A stretch of 64,000 bases of DNA from Candidatus Omnitrophota bacterium (lineage in GTDB: Bacteria > Omnitrophota > Gorgyraeia > Zapsychrales > Fredricksoniimonadaceae): the NCBI GenBank assembly GCA_028870995.1, contig JAGWOI010000001.1:26273-90272 (forward strand), given 5' to 3'. The notes under the pieces were generated by a model. The model was not told the DNA's origin and did not search any database. It saw only the letters and a program-made list of their open reading frames with translations. Of this stretch, positions 26,074-35,061 are shown piece by piece. The position numbers and the translations under genes were made by a program. The first letter of the stretch is position 1. Each line of letters opens with the position of its first letter.

Positions 26074-26699
26074 TCATAGCGATTACGGGCAGGATCACGC
26101 GTCAAGGGACAACCTCCATCACCATCGAAACCAATGGCCTGGGCTACGAGGTGCTTACCCCCATTTCCGTGCTGCAGCGGGTCAAAGAAAATCAAGATAG
26201 CGATGGCAATGTTCATTTAATCACGTATCATTATTATCAGATGACCCCTTCCACCGGCGTGCCCGTACTGGTGGGGTTTTTAAACGAAATCGAACGGGAT
26301 TTTTTCCTGGAATTCATCAAGGTCTCCGGTGTGGGCCCGAAGGCCGCGGTCAAGGCCTTAAACCGCGCCATCGGTGAGATCGCCCAGGCCATGGACCGCG
26401 GCGATACCAAATATCTGAAGACCCTGCCCGGCATCGGTGAGCAGAAGGCGCGCGAAATCGTGGCCAAGCTGCAGGGTAAGATGGGCAAGTTCACCCTGAT
26501 GCAGGACCGGGTCGTTACCGAAGCGCCGAAGGCCGGTTTGCGTGATATCGAGGAAGAAGCCCTGCATATTTTATTGCAGCTTCAATACAAGAGAGCGGAG
26601 GCGCAGGAAATGATCAAAAAGGCCCTGGAGCGTTGTCCGCAACTGGCAAGCTCCGAGGATCTTTTGAGCGAAATTTATAAGCAAAGGAAGACCGTCTAA
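26070..26699 (+). CDS. ruvA: Holliday junction branch migration protein RuvA
   Basis: MIIAITGRI...LGYEV N-terminal OB domain. HhH motifs GVGPKAA and LPGIGEQKA. Confidence 0.9.
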   Translation: MIIAITGRITRQGTTSITIETNGLGYEVLTPISVLQRVKENQDSDGNVHLITYHYYQMTPSTGVPVLVGFLNEIERDFFLEFIKVSGVGPKAAVKALNRAIGEIAQAMDRGDTKYLKTLPGIGEQKAREIVAKLQGKMGKFTLMQDRVVTEAPKAGLRDIEEEALHILLQLQYKRAEAQEMIKKALERCPQLASSEDLLSEIYKQRKTV

Positions 26700-27385
26700 T
26701 GGAAGAGCACAAAAATTATAAAACGGCTGTTGAAGCGCTGCTGTTTGTCAGTGAAAAGCCGGTCCTGCTGGATCAGCTCAAAGAGGTGTTCCCCGAGTTG
26801 AAAGGCCCGCAGATCCAGGAGTTGATCAAACAGCTCCAGGAAGAATATGTCAACCGCGAGGCCGGCATGGTGATCGTCGAGATCGCCGGCGGCTATCAAA
26901 TGCTGTCCAACAGCCATGCGGCATCCTGTATCCGCGAATTTTATAAAACCAAGACCAAGGAAAAACTTTCCAAGCCGGCGCTTGAAAGCCTGGCCATCAT
27001 TGCCTATAAGCAGCCCGTGGGCCGTGCCGAAGTGGAGATCATCCGCGGCGTCAATTCCGACGGCACCATTGCCCATTTGCTCAATAAGGGGCTGATTAAG
27101 ATCGTGGGCCGCAAGGAAGTGCCCGGGCGCCCGTTTTTGTTCGGTACGACCAAGGAATTCCTGGAATATTTCGGTTTGAAATCCCTGGAAGACCTGCCTA
27201 AGATCGAGGAGTTCACCCAGTTGGGGATCGACGCACCGAAGGCGGAGAATGCTGTGGTCGAACCTGAACCGGCTGTCGAGCAGCCTATATCGGCTGAAGA
27301 AGAGACCGTTGCGCAAGAGGGCAGCGGCCAATCACGGGTGGCGGCAGAGATTTCCATCCAATCCGCCGAAGAACAGGCTTCTTAA
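26699..27385 (+). CDS. scpB: Segregation and condensation protein B
   Basis: AVEALLFVSEKPV...IAYKQPVGRAEVEIIRGV winged-helix repeats typical of ScpB. Acidic C-terminal tail. Confidence 0.8.
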   Translation: MEEHKNYKTAVEALLFVSEKPVLLDQLKEVFPELKGPQIQELIKQLQEEYVNREAGMVIVEIAGGYQMLSNSHAASCIREFYKTKTKEKLSKPALESLAIIAYKQPVGRAEVEIIRGVNSDGTIAHLLNKGLIKIVGRKEVPGRPFLFGTTKEFLEYFGLKSLEDLPKIEEFTQLGIDAPKAENAVVEPEPAVEQPISAEEETVAQEGSGQSRVAAEISIQSAEEQAS

Positions 27386-27387
27386 CT

Positions 27388-28446
27388 ATGGACTTAAGTC
27401 ACCTGCGCAAAAAAATAGACGCCTTGGACACGAAGATCATTACGCTTCTCAATGACCGTGCGGCCATCACGCTGTCCATCGGCGAAGAAAAGATCAAGAA
27501 CGGCAAGCATATTTATGCGCCGGACCGCGAGCAGGACGTACTTAAGCGCTTAAAGGCTTTGAACAGGGGGCCCATTAAAAATGAGGCGGTGGAGGCCATC
27601 TACCGCGAGATCATGTCCGCGGCCCTGGACCTGGAAAAGCCTTTGCGCATCGCCTACATGGGGCCGGAGGCCACTTTCTCTCATTTGGCTTCTTTAAAGA
27701 AATTCGGCTCTTCCGTCGAGCATGTGGCCTGTACCAATGTGGCCGAGGTCTTCGGCAAGGTCGAAAGCAACGACTGCGATTATGGGGTCGTGCCCATCGA
27801 GAACTCCATCGAAGGGGTGGTCACCCATACCATGGATTTGCTGGCGGATTCAGACCTTAAAATCTGCTCGCAGGTTTTGCTGGATGTGACGCATCACTTA
27901 ATGTCTAAAGGCAGCCTTGCCCAGATCAAGGAGATTTATTCCCACCCGCAGGTTCTGGGCCAATGCCGGCAGTGGCTGATGCAGAACATGCCCAAGGCGC
28001 AGCTTATTCCGGTGGTGTCAACCACCAGGGCGGCCCAGATGGTGGCCAAAAAGAAGAACGCCGCCTGCATTGCCTCCCAGGTGGCGGCGTCACTGTACGG
28101 CTTGACCATCTTGAAGAAAAATATCCAGGACAGTACGCATAACATCACCCGCTTTCTTGTTATTTCCACCATGGATGTGCCGCCGACAGGCAAGGACCGC
28201 ACTTCCCTGGTTTTTTCCATCAAGGACAGGGTGGGGGCTTTGCATGCCATGCTCACCCCTTTCATGAAGCACAAGATCAATCTCACCAAGATCGAGTCCC
28301 GGCCTTCCAAGAGAAAAGCCTGGGATTACTATTTCTTCGTTGACTGCGAAGGCCACCAGCAGGAACCCCGCGTGGCCCGGGCGCTCGCCCAGCTTGAGGG
28401 GATGTGCAAGTTCCTTAAGATACTGGGTTCCTATCCTGACGCGTAA
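27388..28446 (+). CDS. pheA: Bifunctional chorismate mutase / prephenate dehydratase (P-protein)
   Basis: N-terminal chorismate mutase helix (LRKKIDALDTKIITLLNDRA). PDT domain and C-terminal ACT domain (ESRPS). Confidence 0.85.
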   Translation: MDLSHLRKKIDALDTKIITLLNDRAAITLSIGEEKIKNGKHIYAPDREQDVLKRLKALNRGPIKNEAVEAIYREIMSAALDLEKPLRIAYMGPEATFSHLASLKKFGSSVEHVACTNVAEVFGKVESNDCDYGVVPIENSIEGVVTHTMDLLADSDLKICSQVLLDVTHHLMSKGSLAQIKEIYSHPQVLGQCRQWLMQNMPKAQLIPVVSTTRAAQMVAKKKNAACIASQVAASLYGLTILKKNIQDSTHNITRFLVISTMDVPPTGKDRTSLVFSIKDRVGALHAMLTPFMKHKINLTKIESRPSKRKAWDYYFFVDCEGHQQEPRVARALAQLEGMCKFLKILGSYPDA

Positions 28447-28501
28447 TTAAAATACGGATTTTTTATTGACAAAAAGGGGTTTTTCATTAAAAATACTAAA
28501 A

Positions 28502-28516
28502 ATACTAGAATAGTAT
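28502..28516 (+). promoter_or_regulatory. Inverted repeat atacta-gaa-tagtat, candidate TetR operator
   Basis: 6-bp arms with a 3-bp spacer. Lies 12 nt upstream of the TetR-family gene start and just downstream of a TTGACA hexamer at 28466. Confidence 0.35.
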
Positions 28517-28527
28517 CATATGAATAT

Positions 28528-29121
28528 ATGCAGATACATGATTCATTAAGAGAAAAAATCCTCAACATTGCGGAAAAACGAATGATTAAGTTTGGATTCC
28601 GTAAGGTAACAATGGATGAGATTGCTGCAGACTTGCATATGAGCAAGAATACCATTTATAAAATCTTTACCGGCAAGGATGAAATTGCCTCAGCTTTGGT
28701 CAAGCGCCTTGAGGATCAATTAGATTCAGGACTGGCTAATATAGAGAAGGCCCATGAATCCCCTTTGAAGGTATTTTCAGAAAGTATTCTGTTGCTGCGC
28801 AATCGTTTGGGCCCGTGGTTTGGGCATTTTTTCAGAGAGACCCCTACCGAATTGCCGGGCTTGTGGGAAGAGTTTCTTCACTTTAGGAATGAGAAAATTT
28901 TAAAGATACGGCTGTTGGTGGAGCAAGGGAGCTGCAGCGGCGTTTTCCGCCGTGTTCATCCTGCCATCGCCACCGAGGCCTACCTTGGGGCGGTCAAGGC
29001 AGTCACGAACCCCAGGTTTTTGGAGCAGGAGAACCTGACCTTTGAGCAGGCTCTTGATACGGTCCTGGACATATGGTCCAATGGGCTGGTGGATATAAGC
29101 GACAGCCATGTTGCCATCTAA
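28528..29121 (+). CDS. TetR/AcrR-family transcriptional regulator
   Basis: N-terminal HTH RKVTMDEIAADLHMSKNTIYKIF. Confidence 0.85.
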   Translation: MQIHDSLREKILNIAEKRMIKFGFRKVTMDEIAADLHMSKNTIYKIFTGKDEIASALVKRLEDQLDSGLANIEKAHESPLKVFSESILLLRNRLGPWFGHFFRETPTELPGLWEEFLHFRNEKILKIRLLVEQGSCSGVFRRVHPAIATEAYLGAVKAVTNPRFLEQENLTFEQALDTVLDIWSNGLVDISDSHVAI

Positions 29122-29284
29122 TATCAAACGCATTAAAGAGATTTTGAAGGATCTCAAGAAAATTAAATACGGTTCCATTGAGATCCTTGTGCATGACGGG
29201 GCCATTGTTCAGATAGAGAAAAAGGAAAAAATCCGTCTTGATAAACAAAGCAGATAAACTGCATGACATGATACCTATCAGCTA
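29108..29284 (+). CDS. YezD/DUF2292-like small protein (58 aa), overlapping the TetR gene stop in another frame
   Basis: Core YGSIEILVHDGAIVQIEK resembles the DUF2292 signature. Below the 60-aa cutoff of the ORF track. The C-terminal reading depends on a run of A residues and should be re-checked. Confidence 0.4.
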
Positions 29285-29353
29285 AATCCCTCCGGACAGA
29301 CCGGAAGTTCACGCTAGAAGACCCACGCTTCAAGAGGAAAAAAGGAGTAAAGC

Positions 29354-30670
29354 ATGAGGATTTTTTATCAAATCCTGGCTGCATTGCTGGCTGTGGGCCC
29401 GTTGTCGGTGCCCGCCTTGGCGTTGGCGAATAACAGCAGCGGCCAATACCTGCACTGGGATTACAAGATCGGCGGTGAAGAGAGGCTACGTTACGAGTAC
29501 AGGGACAATTTTGATTTCAATGAGAGTAAAAAGGACAACGCAACTCATTTTCTGAACCGTCTTAAGATCAATGCGGCGGCCGATCTGGAAGATGAATATT
29601 TAAAGAAAGTCGCCGAGGTTTTCGTGGAGGGGCTGGATGCCAGGGATTGGCCTTACTTGACCAAGGCCACTGCCGGCCAGACCGATAGCATGGATCTGCA
29701 TCAGGCGTTTGTGGGCCTCTACAATGTCGGCGGATCCGGCATTGACGTCAAATTAGGGCGACAAGAAATGAATTATGGCGCCAAGCGTTTGATCGCTTCT
29801 CCAACCTGGTTGAATGCGGTGCGCTCCTGGGATGGTGCGGTGGTGCACTATCACAAGAATGGATTGTATTCGGATCTTATTTATGGCCAGAACGTCCAAT
29901 ATCAGGATAAGGAATTCAATGTTTCCGATGGCCATGAGATCCTCTCCGGAATCTACAGTGGATGGCAGAAAAATCATGTTTCTCCGTTGGTCGAATGGTA
30001 TTTTCTTAACCAGGATGATACCAGGGGCATTAATGATATCCACCGTGATACAGCCGGGGCGCGAGTCAAGTTGAAAATAGCGTCCGGCACCGTCCTTGAT
30101 GTGGAGGCGCCTTACCAATGGGGCCGGACAGGGACCACCACTGCGGGCACCAAACCCATCAGGGCCTATGCCTTCCACGCCAATGTTGAGAAATATCTTA
30201 ATGACTGGACTTGGCGGCCAAGAATCAATCTCTCCTACGATGAGGCTTCCGGGAATAAAAATCCTAACGGTAATGTTAACAATACCTTTGTGCCCCTTTA
30301 CCAGACCGTGCACGCACCTTATGGGGAAATGGATTTTTTTCGCTGGGAGAACATGCGTAACCCGGAATTAAATGTCCAATTTTCTCCCATTAAAAAGTTT
30401 CGTTTTACTCCCCAAGTTGATTTTTTCTGGCTGCAAAGCAAGAATGATTCCTGGTATAATTCCTCCGGCACGGCCGTAAGGACAAAAACCAGCGGGAAGC
30501 GCAGTTACTATGTGGGATCAGAGGCGTCATTGAGGTTTTACTATGACTTTACCAAAAATCTGAAATTTGAGACCGGTTATGCGCATTTCTTTTGCGGCGG
30601 ATTTGTCAGGGATACCGGACCCAACGACGATGCCGACTGGATTTACTCTCAAATGGTGTTCAAATTTTAA
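29354..30670 (+). CDS. Outer-membrane porin-like beta-barrel protein (alginate-export/OprO-like class), gene leads the mod operon
   Basis: Signal peptide ending ALALAN. C-terminal strand ...YSQMVFKF with a terminal Phe. Abundant Y/G/N/D alternation. Confidence 0.6.
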   Translation: MRIFYQILAALLAVGPLSVPALALANNSSGQYLHWDYKIGGEERLRYEYRDNFDFNESKKDNATHFLNRLKINAAADLEDEYLKKVAEVFVEGLDARDWPYLTKATAGQTDSMDLHQAFVGLYNVGGSGIDVKLGRQEMNYGAKRLIASPTWLNAVRSWDGAVVHYHKNGLYSDLIYGQNVQYQDKEFNVSDGHEILSGIYSGWQKNHVSPLVEWYFLNQDDTRGINDIHRDTAGARVKLKIASGTVLDVEAPYQWGRTGTTTAGTKPIRAYAFHANVEKYLNDWTWRPRINLSYDEASGNKNPNGNVNNTFVPLYQTVHAPYGEMDFFRWENMRNPELNVQFSPIKKFRFTPQVDFFWLQSKNDSWYNSSGTAVRTKTSGKRSYYVGSEASLRFYYDFTKNLKFETGYAHFFCGGFVRDTGPNDDADWIYSQMVFKF

Positions 30671-30703
30671 TGGGAAGGCCGCTTTTCTAATTAAGGAAGG
30701 GAA

Positions 30704-31474
30704 TTGACTATGAAGAAAATGAGACAAATCCTGTTGATTTTGGTATGCTTATGCCTTCTGGCGCTATCGGCCAAGGCGGCAGAAATCACCGTGGCTGCTG
30801 CCGCCAACCTGCAATTTCCCCTGAAGGAATTGCAGGCCGAGTTTACCAGGGAAACCGGGACCTCTGTCAAGATTGCCATCGGCTCCTCCGGGAGCTTGAC
30901 GACGCAGATCGAAAACGGTGCCCCATTCGATGTTTTTCTGTCGGCAGACATGAAGTACCCTGAAGCGATTTATAAGGAAGGACTTTCTTCCCGGCCGCCG
31001 CAGGTGTATGCCTATGGTGTCCTTGTTCTTTGGACGATGGAGGATTTGGATATGTCCAAAGGCCTGGGGCTGCTGGCGGACAAGGAAGTAAAAAAAATCG
31101 CCTTGGCTGATCCGCTGCTGGCGCCATACGGCCGCCAAGCCGTGAACGCCATGAAGTTTGCCCGTCTTTATCCGGGCATCTCGCCTAAATTGATTTATGG
31201 GGAAAGCATAGCCCAGACAAATGTCTTTATTACAACTGGGGCGGCCGATGTCGGTTTTACCGCTGAATCGGTAGTTTTAGCGCCCAATATGAAAAAGAAG
31301 GGGAAATGGACCAAGGTGGACCCGCAAAGCTACAAACCTATCGCCCAGGGCATGGTTGTGTTAAAATATGGTGAAAAAGTACATCCACGCCAGGCACAGG
31401 CATTCTATAATTTCCTGCTTTCGGACCCGGCACGTAAAATACTTAGGAAATACGGTTACTGCTTGACCCCATGA
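30704..31474 (+). CDS. modA: Molybdate ABC transporter substrate-binding protein
   Basis: Signal peptide, then ITVAAAANL...SVKIAIGSSGSL...APFDVFLSAD ModA motifs. Confidence 0.85.
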   Translation: MTMKKMRQILLILVCLCLLALSAKAAEITVAAAANLQFPLKELQAEFTRETGTSVKIAIGSSGSLTTQIENGAPFDVFLSADMKYPEAIYKEGLSSRPPQVYAYGVLVLWTMEDLDMSKGLGLLADKEVKKIALADPLLAPYGRQAVNAMKFARLYPGISPKLIYGESIAQTNVFITTGAADVGFTAESVVLAPNMKKKGKWTKVDPQSYKPIAQGMVVLKYGEKVHPRQAQAFYNFLLSDPARKILRKYGYCLTP

Positions 31475-31875
31475 ATAAATTGACCGGCAAGATCGTTGCC
31501 CTTGAAACATCCCCGCACATGTCGATGGTGGACGTCGATGTCGACGGGGATGTTTTTTGTTCCATTGTCCTGGAGACACCTGCCAGCGCAGCTTACCTTA
31601 AACAAGGCCAGCCGGTTACCTTGCTGTTTAAGGAGGCCGAGGTCTCCATTGGCAAGAATCTCTCGGGTCTTATCAGTTTGCGCAACAGGTTCAAAGGCAC
31701 GGTCAAGCAGCTGGAAAAATCGCCGATCCTGACCAAGGTGTTCCTGGAGTATAAAAAAGGCCAAGTGGTTTCCATTATTTCCACCCGTTCCGCCCAGAAA
31801 CTGGCCCTGGCTCCCGGCGATGAAGTGGAGTGGCTGGTCAAGACCAACGAAGTTTCGCTGCTTAACGAGGTTTAA
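31471..31875 (+). CDS. Molybdenum-pterin-binding (Mop) protein with tandem TOBE domains
   Basis: Two repeats of the NKLTGKI/NRFKGTV...SIGKN TOBE pattern in 134 aa. Confidence 0.7.
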   Translation: MNKLTGKIVALETSPHMSMVDVDVDGDVFCSIVLETPASAAYLKQGQPVTLLFKEAEVSIGKNLSGLISLRNRFKGTVKQLEKSPILTKVFLEYKKGQVVSIISTRSAQKLALAPGDEVEWLVKTNEVSLLNEV

Positions 31876-31876
31876 A

Positions 31877-32548
31877 ATGAATTACGATTGGCAGCCCCTA
31901 TTATTGACCTTCCAACTGGCCTTGATTGTCACCCTTATTCTTTTGGTCATCGGCATTCCCATCGCCTATTGGATCGCTTTCTCAAACAACCGGTTTAAAT
32001 ATGTTTTCGAAACCCTGGTCAGCATGCCGCTGGTCCTGCCGCCGACGGTGATAGGGTTTTACCTGTTGATCGCCTTCAGCCCGCAGTATGCCATGGGGCA
32101 TTTCTTGGAGTCGGCCCTGGGGCTTAAGGTTGTTTTTACATTTACAGGCCTGGTCATCGCTTCCGTTCTCTTCAGCCTTCCGTTTATGGTGAATCCCATC
32201 AAGGCCGGTTTTCAGAATTTCCCCACGGCGCTCATTGAGGCGTCCTATTGCCTGGGCAAAGGCTCCTGGGAGACTTTGTGGCGGGTGATCCTGCCTAATA
32301 TCAAACCGGCCTTGTTGACAGGCGTCGTCATGGCTTTTGCCCACACCATCGGCGAATTTGGGGTGGTCTTGATGATCGGCGGCAACATTCCCGGCCGGAC
32401 TCAGCTTGCCTCCATTGCCATTTACAATGAAGTGGAAGCTTTGAATTATCAGACCGCGGGCGTGTATGCGCTGGTCTTGGTCGTCGTTTCTTTTATCGTT
32501 TTGTTTTTGTTTTATTATTTAAACCGTCGGGTTTTAAGAATTTTTTAG
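31877..32548 (+). CDS. modB: Molybdate ABC transporter permease
   Basis: Start at ATG 31877 (MNYDWQPLLLT...). The ORF-track start at 31820 overlaps mop. EAS...G ABC permease signature (IEASYCLGKG). Confidence 0.8.
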   Translation: MNYDWQPLLLTFQLALIVTLILLVIGIPIAYWIAFSNNRFKYVFETLVSMPLVLPPTVIGFYLLIAFSPQYAMGHFLESALGLKVVFTFTGLVIASVLFSLPFMVNPIKAGFQNFPTALIEASYCLGKGSWETLWRVILPNIKPALLTGVVMAFAHTIGEFGVVLMIGGNIPGRTQLASIAIYNEVEALNYQTAGVYALVLVVVSFIVLFLFYYLNRRVLRIF

Positions 32549-32550
32549 GT

Positions 32551-33420
32551 ATGATCAACCTGCGTTTAAAAAGACAGATGCAGACCTCCAGAGGCCCGGA
32601 ATGGATCGACCTGGATCTTTCCATGGCGAGCGGGGGATTCGTGTCGCTTTTTGGAAAATCAGGGGCCGGCAAAACCACGGTATTGCGGATGCTGGCAGGG
32701 CTCATCCCGCCCCAGGAAGGGCGTATCGAGGTCGATGGAGATGTGTGGTTCGACAGCGGGCGGAAAATCAATAAGCCCATCCAGCAAAGAAAGGTGGGAT
32801 TTGTTTTTCAGGATAATTGCCTTTTCCCCCATATGACGGTCCGTGAAAATTTGGCGTACGCCTGTCTTCCCGGCCATCACGACGGCATCCAAGAATGGAT
32901 TGGCCTCATGGGCTTAAGCGGCCTGGAAGGCCGCAAGCCCCATCAACTTTCCGGAGGGCAAAAACAGCGGGCGGCTCTGGCGAGGGCTTTGGTGGGCCGG
33001 CCCCGGATGCTGTTGTTGGACGAACCTTTTTCCAACCTTGACCGGCAGGCCCGACTGGAACTGCAGGACGAGATCATGCGCGTCTATCGCAAAACAAGGA
33101 TCACGATGGTTTTGGTCAGTCATGATCTCTGGGAAACGTTCCGGATGTCAGAGATGATTTTTGTCATTGACCGGGGCAGGATCACCAAAAACGGCAGCCC
33201 CGATGAGGTGTTTGTCAATAACGACCTTAGCGGGAAATTTCAGTTTACAGGGGAGGTTCTCGATATCTGCAAGGAAGGCGTTGTTAATATCCTGACCCTT
33301 GGCATCGGCCATCAGATAACAAAGGTGGTGGCTGGTGATGAAGAGATTTCGGATTTAAAGGTGGGCAGCATGGTCATCGTGGCTGCCAAGGCCTTTAATC
33401 CGCTTCTTTTTAAGATCTGA
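32551..33420 (+). CDS. modC: Molybdate ABC transporter ATP-binding protein with C-terminal TOBE domain
   Basis: Walker A GKSGAGKTT. LSGGQKQR signature. Walker B LLLDEPFS. C-terminal TOBE-like region. Confidence 0.85.
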   Translation: MINLRLKRQMQTSRGPEWIDLDLSMASGGFVSLFGKSGAGKTTVLRMLAGLIPPQEGRIEVDGDVWFDSGRKINKPIQQRKVGFVFQDNCLFPHMTVRENLAYACLPGHHDGIQEWIGLMGLSGLEGRKPHQLSGGQKQRAALARALVGRPRMLLLDEPFSNLDRQARLELQDEIMRVYRKTRITMVLVSHDLWETFRMSEMIFVIDRGRITKNGSPDEVFVNNDLSGKFQFTGEVLDICKEGVVNILTLGIGHQITKVVAGDEEISDLKVGSMVIVAAKAFNPLLFKI

Positions 33421-33426
33421 TCGCCT

Positions 33427-35043
33427 ATGAAAAAAAACACCGGCAAGATCGTGCTTTGGACTGCGGGAGGGATTCTTCTGTCCGGCTTGCTTCTAGCCGC
33501 GGGCCTCTTTTGGGCAATGAAGATGGGGCATCATGATGATTTTGACAGCCCTTATATTTTATTGAAAGGCTATGACCAGGGCACAACTCTTGTTTCAAAG
33601 GCTGCCTTCACTGAAAAGTTTGCCAATGGCCAGGAAATCTTTGACTGGCTGCAGCGCAATGATTTCTTCGAGGAGAAGGAAGGGGAGGCAGGTCATCCGC
33701 GCTTCATCTCGTCCGATGCTAAAACCAGTTTAACGGCGAGGTATCCTCATGAGGCGGGAAGAATTTTAGATATTCTGCAACAGGCACAGTCTTCGAGGCA
33801 TGCATTTCTCATCAAAAGTGCGCAGATTTCATCCGAGCTTGCTCAGCGTGCCGTTGAGGACCTCAAGCGCAAAGATTTTAAGAAGGCCATTGATGACTGC
33901 AGGCTTTCGATCGATGTTTTTCCTCTTGATGCCAAACCATACATCCTTTTGACCAAGCTTTACCTGATGACCGGCCAGGAACTGAAGATGTACCAGACCC
34001 TGACACTGGCCGGACGGTCCTACCCGAACTTTAATAACATTGTCGCTGTGATCGATGACCAGGACCTGGATAATATTCCCCTGGATGAACCCGCGGCCAA
34101 CATTTACCTGGCCAATTTTCCGGAAAACAAGAAGGCCGCCATCTCTTTTTTGTTCGATGACGGGGAAAAGAACGTGTATGTCAGCGGCCTGCCCCTATTT
34201 GAAAAATATGGCTTCAAGGCCACTATTCCCGTGATCGCCGGGTTCGTTCCCGAGAAAAGGAACGACCTTTTTTGGGGCAGCTGGCAAGAGTGGCGGGATG
34301 CGGCCGATCACGGTTTTGAAATTGCCAACCACTCCATGTATCACCGCGATTCCCAGACACTGCATGGCAGGGATTTTGATATAGCCATAGATCAGGCCAA
34401 GGATGTGATTGAACAGCATACCGGCCGCAAGGTCACATCCTTTGTTTTTCCCTATGACAGTTATAATGACGAAGCCATGGCCAGGGCCTTAAGAAGGCAT
34501 GAAGTCATTCGCAGTTGGGAATTTTTGCAGTCTTTCTACCCCAAGACGGTGGGCATTACTTACGGCGGTCCTAATTTTTCCGTTGAAACGGCCAACCGCC
34601 TGGTGGATATCAGCATTAAACGCGGGCTATGGCTTATGGCCAATTGTCATGGGGTGACAACCAAGTACGGCCTTTTGTCCTTTAAATCCATAACTCCTTC
34701 TTTTTTGGAAAAACACCTTGCTTACATTCATTCCAAATCAGACGACGTTTGGGTGGACACCTTTTCCCATGTTTTTGAATATATGGCCGCCCGGGCCCAC
34801 ACGACCATCGAAGTCAAAAATTTTGATGTCAACACCATTGATCTTATCCTTCATAGCAATCGTCTACGGGCTTCCTTGCCCTTGCCATTGACCGTCATTG
34901 TCAAAACCAAGGATACGACCGGTGTTAAATCCGTGATCCAGAACGGGCAGGCGCTTAAATCTTGGGCTTGTGCTGCTGACAGGCTGTGTTTTGATGCCGC
35001 GGCCTATGACAGCGATATCCGCGTAACTTGGGGCCAGCCATAG
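33427..35043 (+). CDS. Membrane-anchored polysaccharide deacetylase family protein (NodB domain)
   Basis: N-terminal TM helix. C-terminal NodB-like region (FLFDDGEKNVYVSGLPLFEKYGFKATIPV...ANHSMYH). Confidence 0.65.
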   Translation: MKKNTGKIVLWTAGGILLSGLLLAAGLFWAMKMGHHDDFDSPYILLKGYDQGTTLVSKAAFTEKFANGQEIFDWLQRNDFFEEKEGEAGHPRFISSDAKTSLTARYPHEAGRILDILQQAQSSRHAFLIKSAQISSELAQRAVEDLKRKDFKKAIDDCRLSIDVFPLDAKPYILLTKLYLMTGQELKMYQTLTLAGRSYPNFNNIVAVIDDQDLDNIPLDEPAANIYLANFPENKKAAISFLFDDGEKNVYVSGLPLFEKYGFKATIPVIAGFVPEKRNDLFWGSWQEWRDAADHGFEIANHSMYHRDSQTLHGRDFDIAIDQAKDVIEQHTGRKVTSFVFPYDSYNDEAMARALRRHEVIRSWEFLQSFYPKTVGITYGGPNFSVETANRLVDISIKRGLWLMANCHGVTTKYGLLSFKSITPSFLEKHLAYIHSKSDDVWVDTFSHVFEYMAARAHTTIEVKNFDVNTIDLILHSNRLRASLPLPLTVIVKTKDTTGVKSVIQNGQALKSWACAADRLCFDAAAYDSDIRVTWGQP

Positions 35044-35059
35044 AAACATTTTCTATGGC
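35037..35059. terminator. Bidirectional terminator hairpin gccatagaa-acatt-ttctatggc between two convergent genes
   Basis: Perfect 9-bp stem located in the 18-nt gap between the deacetylase stop (35043, +) and the pilT stop (35062, -). Confidence 0.45.
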
Positions 35060-35061
35060 CG

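Noticed and set aside
29257-29353. Possible Moco riboswitch upstream of the porin-modA operon
   Set aside because: The gap is only about 95 nt, shorter than a Moco riboswitch aptamer. I could not recognise the conserved Moco RNA motif elements.
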